Numbered from the stretch's first letter, positions 1 through 10,505 are shown. The stretch is DNA of 64,000 nucleotides from Alphaproteobacteria bacterium (GCA_965205265.1 CBDBGH010000003.1:544001-608000), one strand, 5' to 3'. The notes: generated by a model not told the origin, from the sequence alone. A program made the numbers and translations.

Positions 1-600
1 CCAGGAGAACGCGAAGCCGAAGGCATCGACCTTGCAGACGGTTGCCTTGCCCCAGGTGACGAGCTGCGGGCCCGGCCCGGTTTCCGAGCCCGGCGCGTTG
101 GCGAGGCGGGGATATTCGCCGGGATTGCTGGTCGGCCCGGTAAGCGCGTCGGCCCAGGCCGTGACCTTGCCCGCGATATCGACGCCCCAGCGCGATTGGT
201 CGGGCGTAATCTCGAAGGAAATCGCCGCCCGTTCGACGCCGCGCAGCTTGCGCCCCTCGGTGAAGAGCGCGGCGACCTTGCCGGGGAAGCCGCCGGCCCG
301 CCCGGCAATGATGGCCGTCAGCGCCTCGGCCTGGGCGTCGTTGGCGCGGTCGTCGATGAACAGCCCCGCCTCGCCCTCGGCCTTGCCCGCCCACAGGTCG
401 CCCTCCCAGCGGCCGACCCGCACGAAGGCGAGGTCGTCGAGGACCGTGTCGCCGTAATGCCCGCGTTTGACGTGCCAGAAGAGGACCGACTCGCAGAAAT
501 TGTTGTCCGGCGCCTGCGCGAAGGTGCAGGGGCAGGCGACGGCGCAGCTGCAATTGTCGAACCAGTCGCCCACGATGTGCCAGCTCGGCGTATCCGGCAT
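1..600 (-). CDS. DUF1326 family protein (runs off left edge)
   Basis: Own translation from ATG at 600: MPDTPSWHIVGDWFDNCSCAVACPCTF...FC; the CxCxxxCPC motif is typical of DUF1326. Not in the ORF track because no stop lies in the window. Confidence 0.8.
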   Translation of the reverse strand, partial: MPDTPSWHIVGDWFDNCSCAVACPCTFAQAPDNNFCESVLFWHVKRGHYGDTVLDDLAFVRVGRWEGDLWAGKAEGEAGLFIDDRANDAQAEALTAIIAGRAGGFPGKVAALFTEGRKLRGVERAAISFEITPDQSRWGVDIAGKVTAWADALTGPTSNPGEYPRLANAPGSETGPGPQLVTWGKATVCKVDAFGFAFSW

Positions 601-731
601 GAGAGCCTCCCCTGGTGCCGCAATCCCGGCGTGGATGCTACGGGATAGCGGGCGGGAGGCGCAACGGGCATTGCGGCCGGCGGCGGGGCGAGGTAGCAGC
701 CGAAGCTGGCGAACAAGGACGGGAGGCCCCC

Positions 732-1220
732 ATGCGCCTGCAGACGAGTCTTTCGCTGGCAGAGGCCAATGCCATCGTGAACGAGGCGCTCAGGCTCGGG
801 CGCGAGGCCGGCATGCTGCCGCTCACCGTCGTCGCGCTCGATGCGAGCGGCAAGCTCATCGCCGCGCAGTCGGAAGACGGCTCCGGCCTGCTGCGCTTCG
901 ACATCGCCTTCGGCAAGGCCTGGGGCGCGCTCGGCATGGGCATCTCCAGCCGCCTCATCCGCGACCGCCTGGCCGCCCGCCCGGCCTTCCAGGCCGCGCT
1001 CGCCGCCGCGTCGGAAGGGCGCTTCGTCCCGGTGCCGGGCGGCGTGCTGGTCCAGACCGGCGAGGGCGTGACCGTGGGGGCGGTGGGCGTCAGCGGCGAC
1101 ACCTCGGAGAAGGACGAATACTGCGCCGTCGAGGCGATCGGGAGAGCCGGCCTCTTCCCCGAACCCGCCGAGCCCGACCCCGACTGGCGCGGCTCGTCGC
1201 TGTCCGACCGTCAGGAGTAA
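732..1220 (+). CDS. GlcG/HbpS family heme-binding protein
   Basis: TVVALDASG...IAFGKAWGA...VPGGVLV...GAVGVSG motifs; GGAGG before ATG 732. Confidence 0.85.
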   Translation: MRLQTSLSLAEANAIVNEALRLGREAGMLPLTVVALDASGKLIAAQSEDGSGLLRFDIAFGKAWGALGMGISSRLIRDRLAARPAFQAALAAASEGRFVPVPGGVLVQTGEGVTVGAVGVSGDTSEKDEYCAVEAIGRAGLFPEPAEPDPDWRGSSLSDRQE

Positions 1221-1250
1221 ATCCGTCTTCCCTTCCGCGGTCGGGAACGG

Positions 1251-1925
1251 TCACCCCTTGATGACATGCTCCTTCGTCACGACGAAGGCGAGGCGGGCCT
1301 CGTCGATGAAGGCGGCCTCGTCGGCGCGGGTAGTCGCATAGGCTTCCGATGCGGCCGAGGCGCGCATGGCGTCCGTGTCGTCGAACCATGTGATGGCGAG
1401 GCCGTCCAGCGCCGGCTGCCGTCCGTCGCGGTAGGCGCCGGGGCGGACATGGTTCTGCACATAGCGGCGTATCTGGGTAATCCCGGCGGCGATGGGGCCG
1501 TGGGTGCCGCGCCAGTAGTCCTGGAAGGCGCCGACCGCCATGCCGGGTTTGCGATGGATGAGTTCGATGTTCTTCACGCCGTCCTCGGGCCGCTCGCCGT
1601 CCACGATCGCATGCTCCTCGACCAGCAGGGTCGCCATGCCCGCCCGGTCGATGAAGCGCGCCTCGTCCTCGCAGAGCGCCTCGAATTCCGGGAGCGAGGC
1701 GTTGCGGCGGAGCGTCTCCATGTCCTCCCACCAGGTCTCGGCCACGCCGTCGCAGGCGAGCTCGCCCTTGCGGTAGCCGCCCGGCAGCGGGTGGTTCTGG
1801 CAGTAGCGCACAAGGCCCGGCATTTTCAGCACGGCCTTCGGGTGCTCGTTCAGCCAGTAGGACCGGAAGGCCTCCAGGTCCATGCCGGGCTTGCGCTTGA
1901 AGACGATGGCGGCCTTGACGGTCAT
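1251..1925 (-). CDS. EthD family protein, two domains
   Basis: Two repeats of RKPGM...F..YW...H...Y.QNH...DG.A..W. Confidence 0.85.
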   Translation of the reverse strand: MTVKAAIVFKRKPGMDLEAFRSYWLNEHPKAVLKMPGLVRYCQNHPLPGGYRKGELACDGVAETWWEDMETLRRNASLPEFEALCEDEARFIDRAGMATLLVEEHAIVDGERPEDGVKNIELIHRKPGMAVGAFQDYWRGTHGPIAAGITQIRRYVQNHVRPGAYRDGRQPALDGLAITWFDDTDAMRASAASEAYATTRADEAAFIDEARLAFVVTKEHVIKG

Positions 1926-1950
1926 GGCCGGTCCTTTCCCGGTGCTGGGT

Positions 1951-2709
1951 TCAGACGGTGAGGTAGCCGCCGTCGGCGGCAAGGGTGACGCCGGTGACAT
2001 ATTGCGCGAGGTCCGAGACCAGGAAGAGCACCGGGCCGGCAATGTCCTCCGGCGTGCCGTGGCGGCCCATCGGAATGTGGCGCATCATGCGCTCCAGCGC
2101 TTCCGGCTTCTTCTGGATGCCCTCCTCGTTGATCGGCGTGAAGATGAGCCCGGGCGCCACGGCGTTGACCCGGATGCCGAAGGGCCCGAGCTCCGCCGCC
2201 AGCCCCACAGTGAAGTTCTTCACCGCGCCCTTCGAGGTCGTATAGACGACCGAGTTGGGCGTGTGGACATGGGACTGGATCGAGCCGGTGTTGACGATCC
2301 GTCCCTTCGTTTCCTTGAGCTGCTCCAGGAAGGCGTGGGTCATGTAGAACAGCGCGTTCACATTGACCGCCATGGTGTCTTCCCAGTCCTGCCGCGCGGT
2401 GTTCGAGGAAAGCCCCGCCCGGCGCACGATGCCGGCATTGTTGAACAGGATCGAGGCGGGGCCGATCTCGATATGCACCCTGCCGGCGAGCGCCTGGCAG
2501 GCGTCCGCATCGGCGACATCCACCGGGTAGGCCCGCGCTGCCGGGCCGATCTCGCCGGCGACCGCCTCGGCCTTCGCGCCGTCCTTGTCCACGACCGCGA
2601 CCCGCGCGCCCGCCTCGGCCAGCACAAGCGCCGTGCCCCGCCCGATGCCGGAGCCGCCGCCGGTGACGACGGCGACATGGCCGTCCAGCAGGCCCTTCGG
2701 GACGATCAT
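1951..2709 (-). CDS. SDR family oxidoreductase
   Basis: TGGGSGIG, NNAG, YTTSK; ATG 2709 overlaps the upstream stop. Confidence 0.9.
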   Translation of the reverse strand: MIVPKGLLDGHVAVVTGGGSGIGRGTALVLAEAGARVAVVDKDGAKAEAVAGEIGPAARAYPVDVADADACQALAGRVHIEIGPASILFNNAGIVRRAGLSSNTARQDWEDTMAVNVNALFYMTHAFLEQLKETKGRIVNTGSIQSHVHTPNSVVYTTSKGAVKNFTVGLAAELGPFGIRVNAVAPGLIFTPINEEGIQKKPEALERMMRHIPMGRHGTPEDIAGPVLFLVSDLAQYVTGVTLAADGGYLTV

Positions 2710-3497
2710 CCGAGCGCCTCCTCGTCCACCGGGACCGTGTACATCAGCGGCAGGCGCCCGCCCTCGGCGTAGATCACCTGCCCGGTGACGTAGGAGGACT
2801 CCTCGCTCGCAAGGAAGAGCGCGACGGAGGCGATCTCGTCGGGCTCCGCCGGGCGCCCGATCGGCGTGCGCGACAGCACCGTGCGGCGCGACTCGGGCGA
2901 GGAGAACACCATCTCGCGCATGAGCTCGGTGTTGGTGGAGCCGGGGCCGATGGCGTTGACGCGGATGCCCTTGTCGATGAGCGCGAGCGCCATGCCGGCC
3001 GTCATGTGGTTCACTGCCGCCTTGCTGGTGCAATAGGGAATCTGGGTCGGGATGATGCGCTTGCCGGCGATGGAGCCGATGGTGACGATGGACCCGCCGC
3101 TTCCCTGCGCCGCCATCCGGCGCGCGGCCGCCTGGACCGTCAGCATGACGCCGTTGACATTGACGCGCATCACCTTGTCGAAGTCGGCTTCCTCCAGTTC
3201 GAGGAAATCCGCCTCGATGCCGATGCCGGCATTGGCGACGGCGATGTCGAGCCGCCCGTAGCGCTCGACGGCGAGCGCCACCAGGTCCTTGAGGTCGCCC
3301 GAGCGGGTCACGTCGCAGGCGGTCGCCGAGACCGCCGCCGCATCGTTCGAGATGGCGCGCGCGGCCGACTCCGCCCTGGCTCCGTCGATGTCGGAGAGCA
3401 CCACCTTCGCGCCCTCGCGCACGAAGCGAGCGGCAATGGCCTTGCCGATCCCCTGTCCGGCTCCGGTGACGACGGCGACCTTGTTTTCCAGACGCAT
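2706..3497 (-). CDS. SDR family oxidoreductase
   Basis: TGAGQGIG, ANAG, YCTSK. Confidence 0.9.
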   Translation of the reverse strand: MRLENKVAVVTGAGQGIGKAIAARFVREGAKVVLSDIDGARAESAARAISNDAAAVSATACDVTRSGDLKDLVALAVERYGRLDIAVANAGIGIEADFLELEEADFDKVMRVNVNGVMLTVQAAARRMAAQGSGGSIVTIGSIAGKRIIPTQIPYCTSKAAVNHMTAGMALALIDKGIRVNAIGPGSTNTELMREMVFSSPESRRTVLSRTPIGRPAEPDEIASVALFLASEESSYVTGQVIYAEGGRLPLMYTVPVDEEALG

Positions 3498-3734
3498 GGA
3501 CGGCTCCTTCGCTAAGCCGGTTTTTCGAGGCGCGGCACTATAGCCGAGCCGGCCGGCTATCCGCTATCGAGGACCGAAAGGGCGGCAGGCCGGTGTGCTG
3601 CAAAACCGCAACGCGGGCGCAGGAAATGTCAATATTGCAGTGTTGTAACCGTTTCGCTGTGTTCATGGATCGATAATGGGGGATACTTGTCGGGCCGCCG
3701 CACTCAAGCAGGCGGCAGAGATAGGAGGCGGCTC

Positions 3735-5717
3735 ATGCGTAATGCGGGCCCCGCTATCGATCCTTCCCTGGCGATGGTCTATCGGCAGGCCAGGGACGCG
3801 GCCGGCGCGCCGGTTTCCGAAAGGGACAGCTGGACCCTGGAGCTGCTGGTGGGCGTGGACAGCGGGCTCGAAGCGCTGGACGGCGCGAATCCGGGCTCCG
3901 ACCTGCAACAGCTCGCCCGGTCGGTGGCGGACCGGACCGTGCGCCGCCATTTCGCGTCATGCAATTCGGTCGGCGGCGATTTCGTCCGGGTGTTTCCCGC
4001 CTGGTTGCTGGAGGACAGGCGCGGCCGCGGGAAACGCAGTCTTTGCGTGGTTACCGGCGCATTCGCGGCGAATGTCCATATTGCCGACGCACTGACCACC
4101 AAGCCGTTTCCGCCGCTGCGGCTGCGAAGCTATGCGCTGCGCCGCCGCCGGCCCTCCGGACGGCGGCGGGACAGGCTGGCCGCCGAGGCGCGGCATCTTC
4201 TCGAATGCCTGCAACGGGTGCTGGGCACGGTGCCGGAAAGCGCCCTTGCGCTCAGGCGGATGGCCGAACGCCCGGCGGAGGCGGAGCGCGAGGCGCTGGA
4301 GGTTTGGAACGGATTCCTGGACGAGTGCTGCAACAGGATGGGGCGGCAGGCCGTGAAGGCCGGTCTGACCATGGAGGGGCTGGCGCTCCTCGGCCAGGGC
4401 CGCGACGGGGGCCGGGACCGGATGTTTTTCCTGGAGCATTATCCCTGGGCGTTCGCGGCGGCCCTCGACAGCGGGGATGCGGAGCGGCTGCTGCGCCGCA
4501 TCGACGAGAACCGCGCCAATGCGCGCGCCGTGGCCGAGCGGCTGCTCTGCTGCCAGAGGCTCGAGGAATGCGAGAGCGCGCGCCTCGTGGCGAAGCGGAT
4601 GCCGAAATACCGCGCCGACCCGGCCCTGCTGCAGATTCTCGGACGGTATTCGTCGGAGCGGGACACCCGGTACCGCGCCATCCTGCTGGAGGCGAACGCG
4701 CGCGATGGCGGCGAATTGCTGGAGCAAGTCCTTCGCGACGGCGCAGCAACGCGCAGGCGGCTTGCCTTCGCGACCCAGGCCATCCTCCGAACGGGCGCGA
4801 CGGGCAGCGGCCTGACGACGCGCTACGACTGCGGGATGCTGGCGTTCCGCAGTTTCGCCTGGAGCCGCCACGAGCCGGGCGGCGCCGACCCGGCGGCTCT
4901 GGTCGAAGGGCTGGCCGCTGCCTCCGCCGACTGCCTGGCGGCCTTCGCGGCCTGCTATCCGCCGGAGGAAACGGACGATCCGGACCGGCCGGAGGGGACG
5001 GACCCGGTAGACCGGGGCATTGCCGCGCTGACCGGCCTGCTGGACGGGGCGGGGCGGCCCGAACTGACGGGAAGGCAATTGGCCGCCTTCGCCGAGGGGG
5101 CCGCGGCGCGCTGCGTCCACCGCATCCGCATCCTCGAACGCGCCGATGTCGGCGCCGAGTGGCCCGAGCCGCCGGGCTGGAACGCGCGAGCCGGGATTGC
5201 GGGGGCGCGGTTCCTGGCGACGCCCGATGCGGTGCGCGCGGAGGGCAGGCAAATGCAGAACTGCCTGCGCTACGCCGAGTCCTACATTCATGGCTCCGCG
5301 TTGGGGCGCCTCACGCTGTTTTCGATCCGCGCGGCGGGAAACGGCCCGCGGGCGACGCTCAGCCTCGCATCCCTCGAGAGCCTCGACGACGGCCGCATCC
5401 GGGTCGATGGATACCGGGTTTCCGAACTCCGCGGCGTCCGGAACGGGGAGCCCGATCCGGCCTGCCTCGCCGTGGCGGAGCGGGTGGCGAGGGTCCTCAA
5501 CGGCAGTTGCCCCTTCATCGTCCCGCCCGAAGAGGCGTTCCGCCGGGCGGAGGTCCGCCGGGTGCTGAACGAACGCCGCAGCTACAACGAAGACCCCGCC
5601 GCCGCCGAGGAACGCTGGCGCGAACTCTACCTGCCGCTCCTGCCGAGGCGCTTCGCCGGCCTCTCCGCCCGGGAGATCGTGGAGACGTGGTTCGAGAAGC
5701 GAGCGCGGGACGCCTGA
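3735..5717 (+). CDS. Hypothetical protein with C-terminal PcfJ-like domain (paralogue 1)
   Basis: AGGAGG before ATG 3735; C-terminal EGRQMQNCL...Y...LFSIR...RATL...ELRGVRN resembles the PcfJ pattern. Confidence 0.6.
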   Translation: MRNAGPAIDPSLAMVYRQARDAAGAPVSERDSWTLELLVGVDSGLEALDGANPGSDLQQLARSVADRTVRRHFASCNSVGGDFVRVFPAWLLEDRRGRGKRSLCVVTGAFAANVHIADALTTKPFPPLRLRSYALRRRRPSGRRRDRLAAEARHLLECLQRVLGTVPESALALRRMAERPAEAEREALEVWNGFLDECCNRMGRQAVKAGLTMEGLALLGQGRDGGRDRMFFLEHYPWAFAAALDSGDAERLLRRIDENRANARAVAERLLCCQRLEECESARLVAKRMPKYRADPALLQILGRYSSERDTRYRAILLEANARDGGELLEQVLRDGAATRRRLAFATQAILRTGATGSGLTTRYDCGMLAFRSFAWSRHEPGGADPAALVEGLAAASADCLAAFAACYPPEETDDPDRPEGTDPVDRGIAALTGLLDGAGRPELTGRQLAAFAEGAAARCVHRIRILERADVGAEWPEPPGWNARAGIAGARFLATPDAVRAEGRQMQNCLRYAESYIHGSALGRLTLFSIRAAGNGPRATLSLASLESLDDGRIRVDGYRVSELRGVRNGEPDPACLAVAERVARVLNGSCPFIVPPEEAFRRAEVRRVLNERRSYNEDPAAAEERWRELYLPLLPRRFAGLSAREIVETWFEKRARDA

Positions 5718-5759
5718 ATTCGCCGAAACAAGGAGGAATTGCGAAAAGGAGGCTGGAGG

Positions 5760-7754
5760 ATGAACGGTTCGACCGGTATCGGCGCCCCGCCGCCGACGTT
5801 GGCGTATCGGAACGCCTTGTTTGCCGAACCGAAGTCGTCCCGGCGGCACGAGGCCGACGGGCGGCTTTACAGTATCGTCGGGCAGGATAGCGGCTTCCCG
5901 GTGCTCGACGGTTCGGCATTCGCGGCCAACGACCATCCGCTGGAAGTGCTCTCCGACAGGATAAGGCGCCGCCATACCGCGTGGTCCGAATATAACGGCG
6001 GCAGAGAACACTATATGTTCCCGGCCTGGTTGTTCGAGGGTGCCGGACATCAGGGGGCGACGAGCCTCTACGTCGTCTTGGGCGAATTGCCGCCCTCGTT
6101 TTCTGCGGTGGATGGATTCACGCTCCAGCCGGCCGCCAGCAGCCTTATGAGGATGCCTCTGCGCTCTCTTCGTCCCTCGCAGGCGAGACGGGAAGAAATG
6201 TCGGCGGCGGCCCGGCGAGTCGTTGAGAACCTGCGAAAGGCCGGAGGCCCTGTCCGAATCGCCTCCGACACGCTGAAGGGAATGATGGGCAGCCCGCTGG
6301 ACGCGGAACGGGAGATGCTCGAAGTCTGGCACAGCTTCGTCGGGAAATGCCGCGATATTGTCGGGCCGCATGCGTTCGCTGCGGGCATCACCCTCGAAGG
6401 ACTGGCGCTCCTGTGGGCGGGCAGGGAACGCGGCCGGGACAGGCAGTGGCTGCTGCAGCAGTATCCCTGGGTTTATGCCGAAGCGCTAAGGAGCGGGAAG
6501 ATCGGGCAGGTTCTGGACGCCATCGACCGCAGTCGGGCCAATGCAGTCGGGATAGCAACCGGAATGTTGTGCTGCGCGCAGAACGAGGAATGCGCGGTCG
6601 CTCGACAGTTCGCCAAACATCTTCCCAAATATCGCGAGAGCGGGGCGCTCCTGCGTTTGCTCGGGAGGAGCGGCGAACCGCATGTCCGCCATCGTCGCGC
6701 CTTTCTGCTGGACGCCAACTACCGCGACCGGGGGCAATTGCGCCCCCATGCCGCCGCCGACTGGGGACGAACACGGTCCCAGCTCGAAATCGCGGTCACG
6801 GTCACGAGGTATCTTCAGAGGGCCGGCTTCAGCCATGAAGCCGGCTATAAGGCCGGCCTTCTCGTCTTTCGCACCCTGGCCTGGGACGGCAGCGCCGCCG
6901 CCGACGGATACCGCCCGGACGGTGCCGATATAGACGCGCTCGCAGCCGGATTTGCCGCCGTCTCCGCCGACTGCATGGCGGCCTTCTTCACCGGATGCCT
7001 GCCGTCGAAGAGGGGTGAAGGAGAAGACGATCTGGACGCGCTGGACGGAGGTCTTCTTGCGTTGGTCGATCTTCTCGACGGCGCTCAGCGGCCCGAGCTC
7101 AGCGCCCGGCAGCTCATGCATCTGGCTCGCCGCGCCTTGTTGGTTTCCGTTCACGGTTTCGAACCGATCATGGCGGAGGAGGCAGGGATGGCGTGGCCTC
7201 GACCGCCGGGATGGACTCCGCAGACGGCGCCCGCCGGGGCGAAGTTCCTCGACAGCCTGTCCGCCGTTCGCAGGCAGGGCTGGGAGATGAAGAACTGCCT
7301 TACCGATGCCCAGGAGTACATTTTCGATGCCGCCGTCGGATGGTCGGCGCTCTTTGCGATCGAGACGCGCCGAGGGGAACGGGCCACTCTGAGACTACGG
7401 GCGGTCGAGCGCCAGCTAGGCAAGGAGGTCTCGGTCGAGTGTTACAGGTTTGACGACGACGATCTTCTGGGTCCCGGCAACCGGCGGGTGTCAGCCGACT
7501 GCTGGGTGGTGGCAAGGCGGGTAGAGGCCGTCCTGAATGCCGCCTGCCGGGTCAGGTTGCCCCCGGAGCAAGCGGAACGCCGTACTCGCATCCTCAAGGC
7601 GCTGAAAGGAGAGCGGAGCTTCAACTCCGACGAGGATGTGGCGAAAGAGCGCTGGCGTTCGCTCTACGCTCCCTTGCTGCCGAGGCGCCTGGCCGAACTT
7701 TGCGAAATCGATGTCAAGCTGGGCTGGATGTTGAAGCGCGCGGCGGGCGCTTGA
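5760..7754 (+). CDS. Hypothetical protein with C-terminal PcfJ-like domain (paralogue 2)
   Basis: GGAGG before ATG 5760; collinear with paralogue 1 (FPAWL, LEGLALL, YPW, PKYR, ERW..LY.PLLPRR); QGWEMKNCL...RATL...LLGPGN. Confidence 0.6.
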   Translation: MNGSTGIGAPPPTLAYRNALFAEPKSSRRHEADGRLYSIVGQDSGFPVLDGSAFAANDHPLEVLSDRIRRRHTAWSEYNGGREHYMFPAWLFEGAGHQGATSLYVVLGELPPSFSAVDGFTLQPAASSLMRMPLRSLRPSQARREEMSAAARRVVENLRKAGGPVRIASDTLKGMMGSPLDAEREMLEVWHSFVGKCRDIVGPHAFAAGITLEGLALLWAGRERGRDRQWLLQQYPWVYAEALRSGKIGQVLDAIDRSRANAVGIATGMLCCAQNEECAVARQFAKHLPKYRESGALLRLLGRSGEPHVRHRRAFLLDANYRDRGQLRPHAAADWGRTRSQLEIAVTVTRYLQRAGFSHEAGYKAGLLVFRTLAWDGSAAADGYRPDGADIDALAAGFAAVSADCMAAFFTGCLPSKRGEGEDDLDALDGGLLALVDLLDGAQRPELSARQLMHLARRALLVSVHGFEPIMAEEAGMAWPRPPGWTPQTAPAGAKFLDSLSAVRRQGWEMKNCLTDAQEYIFDAAVGWSALFAIETRRGERATLRLRAVERQLGKEVSVECYRFDDDDLLGPGNRRVSADCWVVARRVEAVLNAACRVRLPPEQAERRTRILKALKGERSFNSDEDVAKERWRSLYAPLLPRRLAELCEIDVKLGWMLKRAAGA

Positions 7755-7804
7755 CCCCGACGCCCCTCGCTGCCCATATCGGCAGGCTGGCGGCGGGAGG
7801 CGGC

Positions 7805-8518
7805 ATGGAGGATTTCTCGGGGCTGGGCCGGAAGCGGCTGGAGCGCATGGCGGCGGCGGGGCGCGAAGTGCGCGAGACGGAGCGCGCGCTGGCGAACACG
7901 GGCGACAACCCGGTCTCCGAGGTGCTCCGCCACCAGGACCCGTTCGCGGTCTGGGACCATTACCCCAAGGGCGACGTGTATGACTGGAAGACCCACAGCC
8001 AGTATTATTTCCATGCCCATCCGCCCTCCGAAAACCGCTTCCCGGAGGAGGGCCATTTCCACACTTTCCTCAGGCCCAAGGGCATGCCCGTGGGCGTGAA
8101 GCCCGCTCCGGTGGCCGGCTTCGCCATGCCCGAGGACCCGGACGATGCGCTCAGCCACCTGGTCGCGATCTCGGTGGAAGAGGACGGCCGGGCGCTGCGC
8201 CTGTTCACCACCAACCGCTGGGTCACGGGCGAGGTCTGGTACGGCGCGCGCGACGTCATCCGCATGCTCGCCCTGTTCGATGTACGCCACGCCGATCCGG
8301 CCCGGACGACCGACCGCTGGGTGACGGCGATGGTGGCGCTCTTCCGCCCGCAGATCGAGACCCTGCTGCGCGAGCGCGACACCCGCATCGCCCTGCACGC
8401 CCGCTACCGCCCCGGCGGCGATGTTTACGAAGACCGGGAACTGGAAGTGACTTCGGTGGCGGAAATCTCCGTGGATGAGCAGATCGCAGCCGTGGAGGCG
8501 GCGCTTGCCGCAGCCTGA
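7805..8518 (+). CDS. DUF6969-like conserved protein
   Basis: WDHYP..DVYD..T.SQYYFHAH, GHFHTF, LFTTNRWVTGE motifs. Confidence 0.65.
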   Translation: MEDFSGLGRKRLERMAAAGREVRETERALANTGDNPVSEVLRHQDPFAVWDHYPKGDVYDWKTHSQYYFHAHPPSENRFPEEGHFHTFLRPKGMPVGVKPAPVAGFAMPEDPDDALSHLVAISVEEDGRALRLFTTNRWVTGEVWYGARDVIRMLALFDVRHADPARTTDRWVTAMVALFRPQIETLLRERDTRIALHARYRPGGDVYEDRELEVTSVAEISVDEQIAAVEAALAAA

Positions 8519-8538
8519 GAATTCCCGCGCCTAACGGG

Positions 8539-9699
8539 ATGAGAGGCGGCATGGCATCGCTGCATGACTGGCTGGTGGGGGCGGCGTGGGAGTGCGGGTC
8601 GCCGGGAGCGTTGACGGCGGCTTACGGGCAGGCGCTCAACGCGGCCGGCATTCCGGTCTGGCGGGTGCAGGTGGGGCTGCGCACGCTGCATCCGCAGCTG
8701 GTGGCGGAGAATCACACCTGGCGCGCCGACGGAGACGGCGTCGAGGTGGCTTACACCACCCGCGAGACGGTGAGCTCGGACGCCTTCCTGCGCAGCCCGC
8801 TGGCGCCGCTCTATGAGGGCGCGGGCGCCATCCGCCGCCGCCTCGCCGGCGACTACGCCGTGCTCGACTACCCGGTTTTGCGCGACCTGGCGGCGGCGGG
8901 CGCCACGGACTATGCGGCGCTGCCGATGTCCTTCTCCGACGGCCAGCTGAACGCCGTGACCTTCGCCACGCGCGACGCCGGCGGATTCACCACGGAGGCG
9001 CTCGGCCGAATCGCCGGTTCGGTCGGCTTGCTCGGCCGGCTGTTCGAGGTCCATATCCTCCGGGCGACGGCCGGCATCCTGCTCGACACCTATCTCGGCA
9101 GGCGCTCGGGGCGGCGCGTGCTGGACGGCTCGATCCGGCGCGGGGACGGGGAGGAGATCGAGGCCGCGGTCTGGTTCGCCGACCTGCGCGGCTCCACGGG
9201 CCTTGCGGAGCGCCTGCCGCGCGGGCTCTATCTCGATGCGCTCAACGCCTTCTTCGACGCGACCGCCGGCTCGGTGGCGGAGCGGGGCGGGGAGGTGCTC
9301 AAATTCATCGGCGACGCCGTGCTCGCGATCTTCCCGGTCGAGGAGGGCAGGGCGGATGCCTGCCTGCGCGCGCTGGCGGCAGGCCGCGGCGCGCTCGCGC
9401 GCCTCGACGGGCTGAACGAATACCGCGACCCGGAATGGCCGGAGCTGCGCGCGGCGCTCGCGCTGCATCTGGGCGCCGTCAGCTTCGGGAACATCGGCAC
9501 GGCCGACCGGCTCGACTTCACCGCCATCGGCCCGGCGGTGAACGAAACCGCGCGCCTCTCGGAAGCCTGCAAGCAGGCGGACCGCGCCCTGCTCGCCTCG
9601 CAACCCTTCGCCGCAGCCTTGCCGGACGCCTTCGCGCCGCTCGACCGCTTCCGCCTGCGCGGCGTGGCCGAAGCCATGCAGGTCTTCGTCCCGGTTTGA
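8539..9699 (+). CDS. Class III adenylate/guanylate cyclase domain protein
   Basis: FADLRGST, KFIGDAV, FTAIGPAVNETARL; start may be ATG 8551. Confidence 0.9.
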   Translation: MRGGMASLHDWLVGAAWECGSPGALTAAYGQALNAAGIPVWRVQVGLRTLHPQLVAENHTWRADGDGVEVAYTTRETVSSDAFLRSPLAPLYEGAGAIRRRLAGDYAVLDYPVLRDLAAAGATDYAALPMSFSDGQLNAVTFATRDAGGFTTEALGRIAGSVGLLGRLFEVHILRATAGILLDTYLGRRSGRRVLDGSIRRGDGEEIEAAVWFADLRGSTGLAERLPRGLYLDALNAFFDATAGSVAERGGEVLKFIGDAVLAIFPVEEGRADACLRALAAGRGALARLDGLNEYRDPEWPELRAALALHLGAVSFGNIGTADRLDFTAIGPAVNETARLSEACKQADRALLASQPFAAALPDAFAPLDRFRLRGVAEAMQVFVPV

Positions 9700-9777
9700 C
9701 TTGAGTAGGCGATGTCGGGCTGGACGAACGTGCCGCAAGCGGCTAAATATACTACATACTAGATTGGAGACAAGCCC

Positions 9778-10023
9778 ATGCGCACCGTTCCTCTTATGAC
9801 AGCCAATCAGGAGTTTTCCAAGCTTGTCCGGGAGGTGGAGCAGGGCGAGTCCTTCGTGATTACCCGGCGGGGCTGTCCGGTAGCCAGACTGGTGCCCCAC
9901 AGCATCGACAAGACAGCCGATCCGGAATGGGTGGCGGCTTATCGGAGAATGATGGCACTGATGAAAGAGGGGGCTCCGCTGGGCGGTCTGAAGATCGTGC
10001 GGGAAGAGCTTTATGACCGTTAG
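9778..10023 (+). CDS. Phd/YefM family antitoxin
   Basis: FSKLVREVEQGESFVITRRG.PVARLVP; overlaps a PIN toxin gene. Confidence 0.85.
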   Translation: MRTVPLMTANQEFSKLVREVEQGESFVITRRGCPVARLVPHSIDKTADPEWVAAYRRMMALMKEGAPLGGLKIVREELYDR

Positions 10024-10471
10024 GAGCCGCTTTTCGCTCGACGCCAACATTCTCGTCTATGCGGTGGATCGTAATGCCGGCGAACGGCAACTCCAAGCCG
10101 GAGAGCTTATCGGGCGAGCGGCGCGGCGCGATTGCGTGCTCACGATGCAGGCGCTGGCCGAGTTCTTTCATGCGACGACGCGCAAGAACCTCCTTGCGCC
10201 GGCCCGTGCAAGGGCATTCGTCCGGAACTGGTCCGATGTTTTCAAAGTCGTCTCGGCCGATGCCGCGGCACTCGCCGACGCCATGGACGCGGTCGAGGAG
10301 CATCGTTTTTCGTTCTGGGACGCGATGCTCTGGGCGACGGTAAGGCAAAGCGGCTGCTCGGCGCTACTCAGCGAAGACATGCAGGACAGCCGGCGCCTCG
10401 GCGGCGTCGAGATAATCAATCCTTTCGCGCCCGACGCCGACACCCGGCTGGCGGACCTGCTCGAAGCGTGA
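10013..10471 (+). CDS. vapC: PIN-domain (VapC-like) toxin
   Basis: LDANILVYA, QALAEF, FWDA, LLSED acidic residues. Confidence 0.85.
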   Translation: MTVRSRFSLDANILVYAVDRNAGERQLQAGELIGRAARRDCVLTMQALAEFFHATTRKNLLAPARARAFVRNWSDVFKVVSADAAALADAMDAVEEHRFSFWDAMLWATVRQSGCSALLSEDMQDSRRLGGVEIINPFAPDADTRLADLLEA

Positions 10472-10505
10472 CGCCCGATCGGGGAGGCGGGAGCCGCGCC
10501 GGCCC

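Noticed and set aside
3957-6371. 804-aa minus-strand ORF and similar shadow ORFs throughout the window
   Set aside because: Antisense to better-supported genes, with no recognisable motifs.
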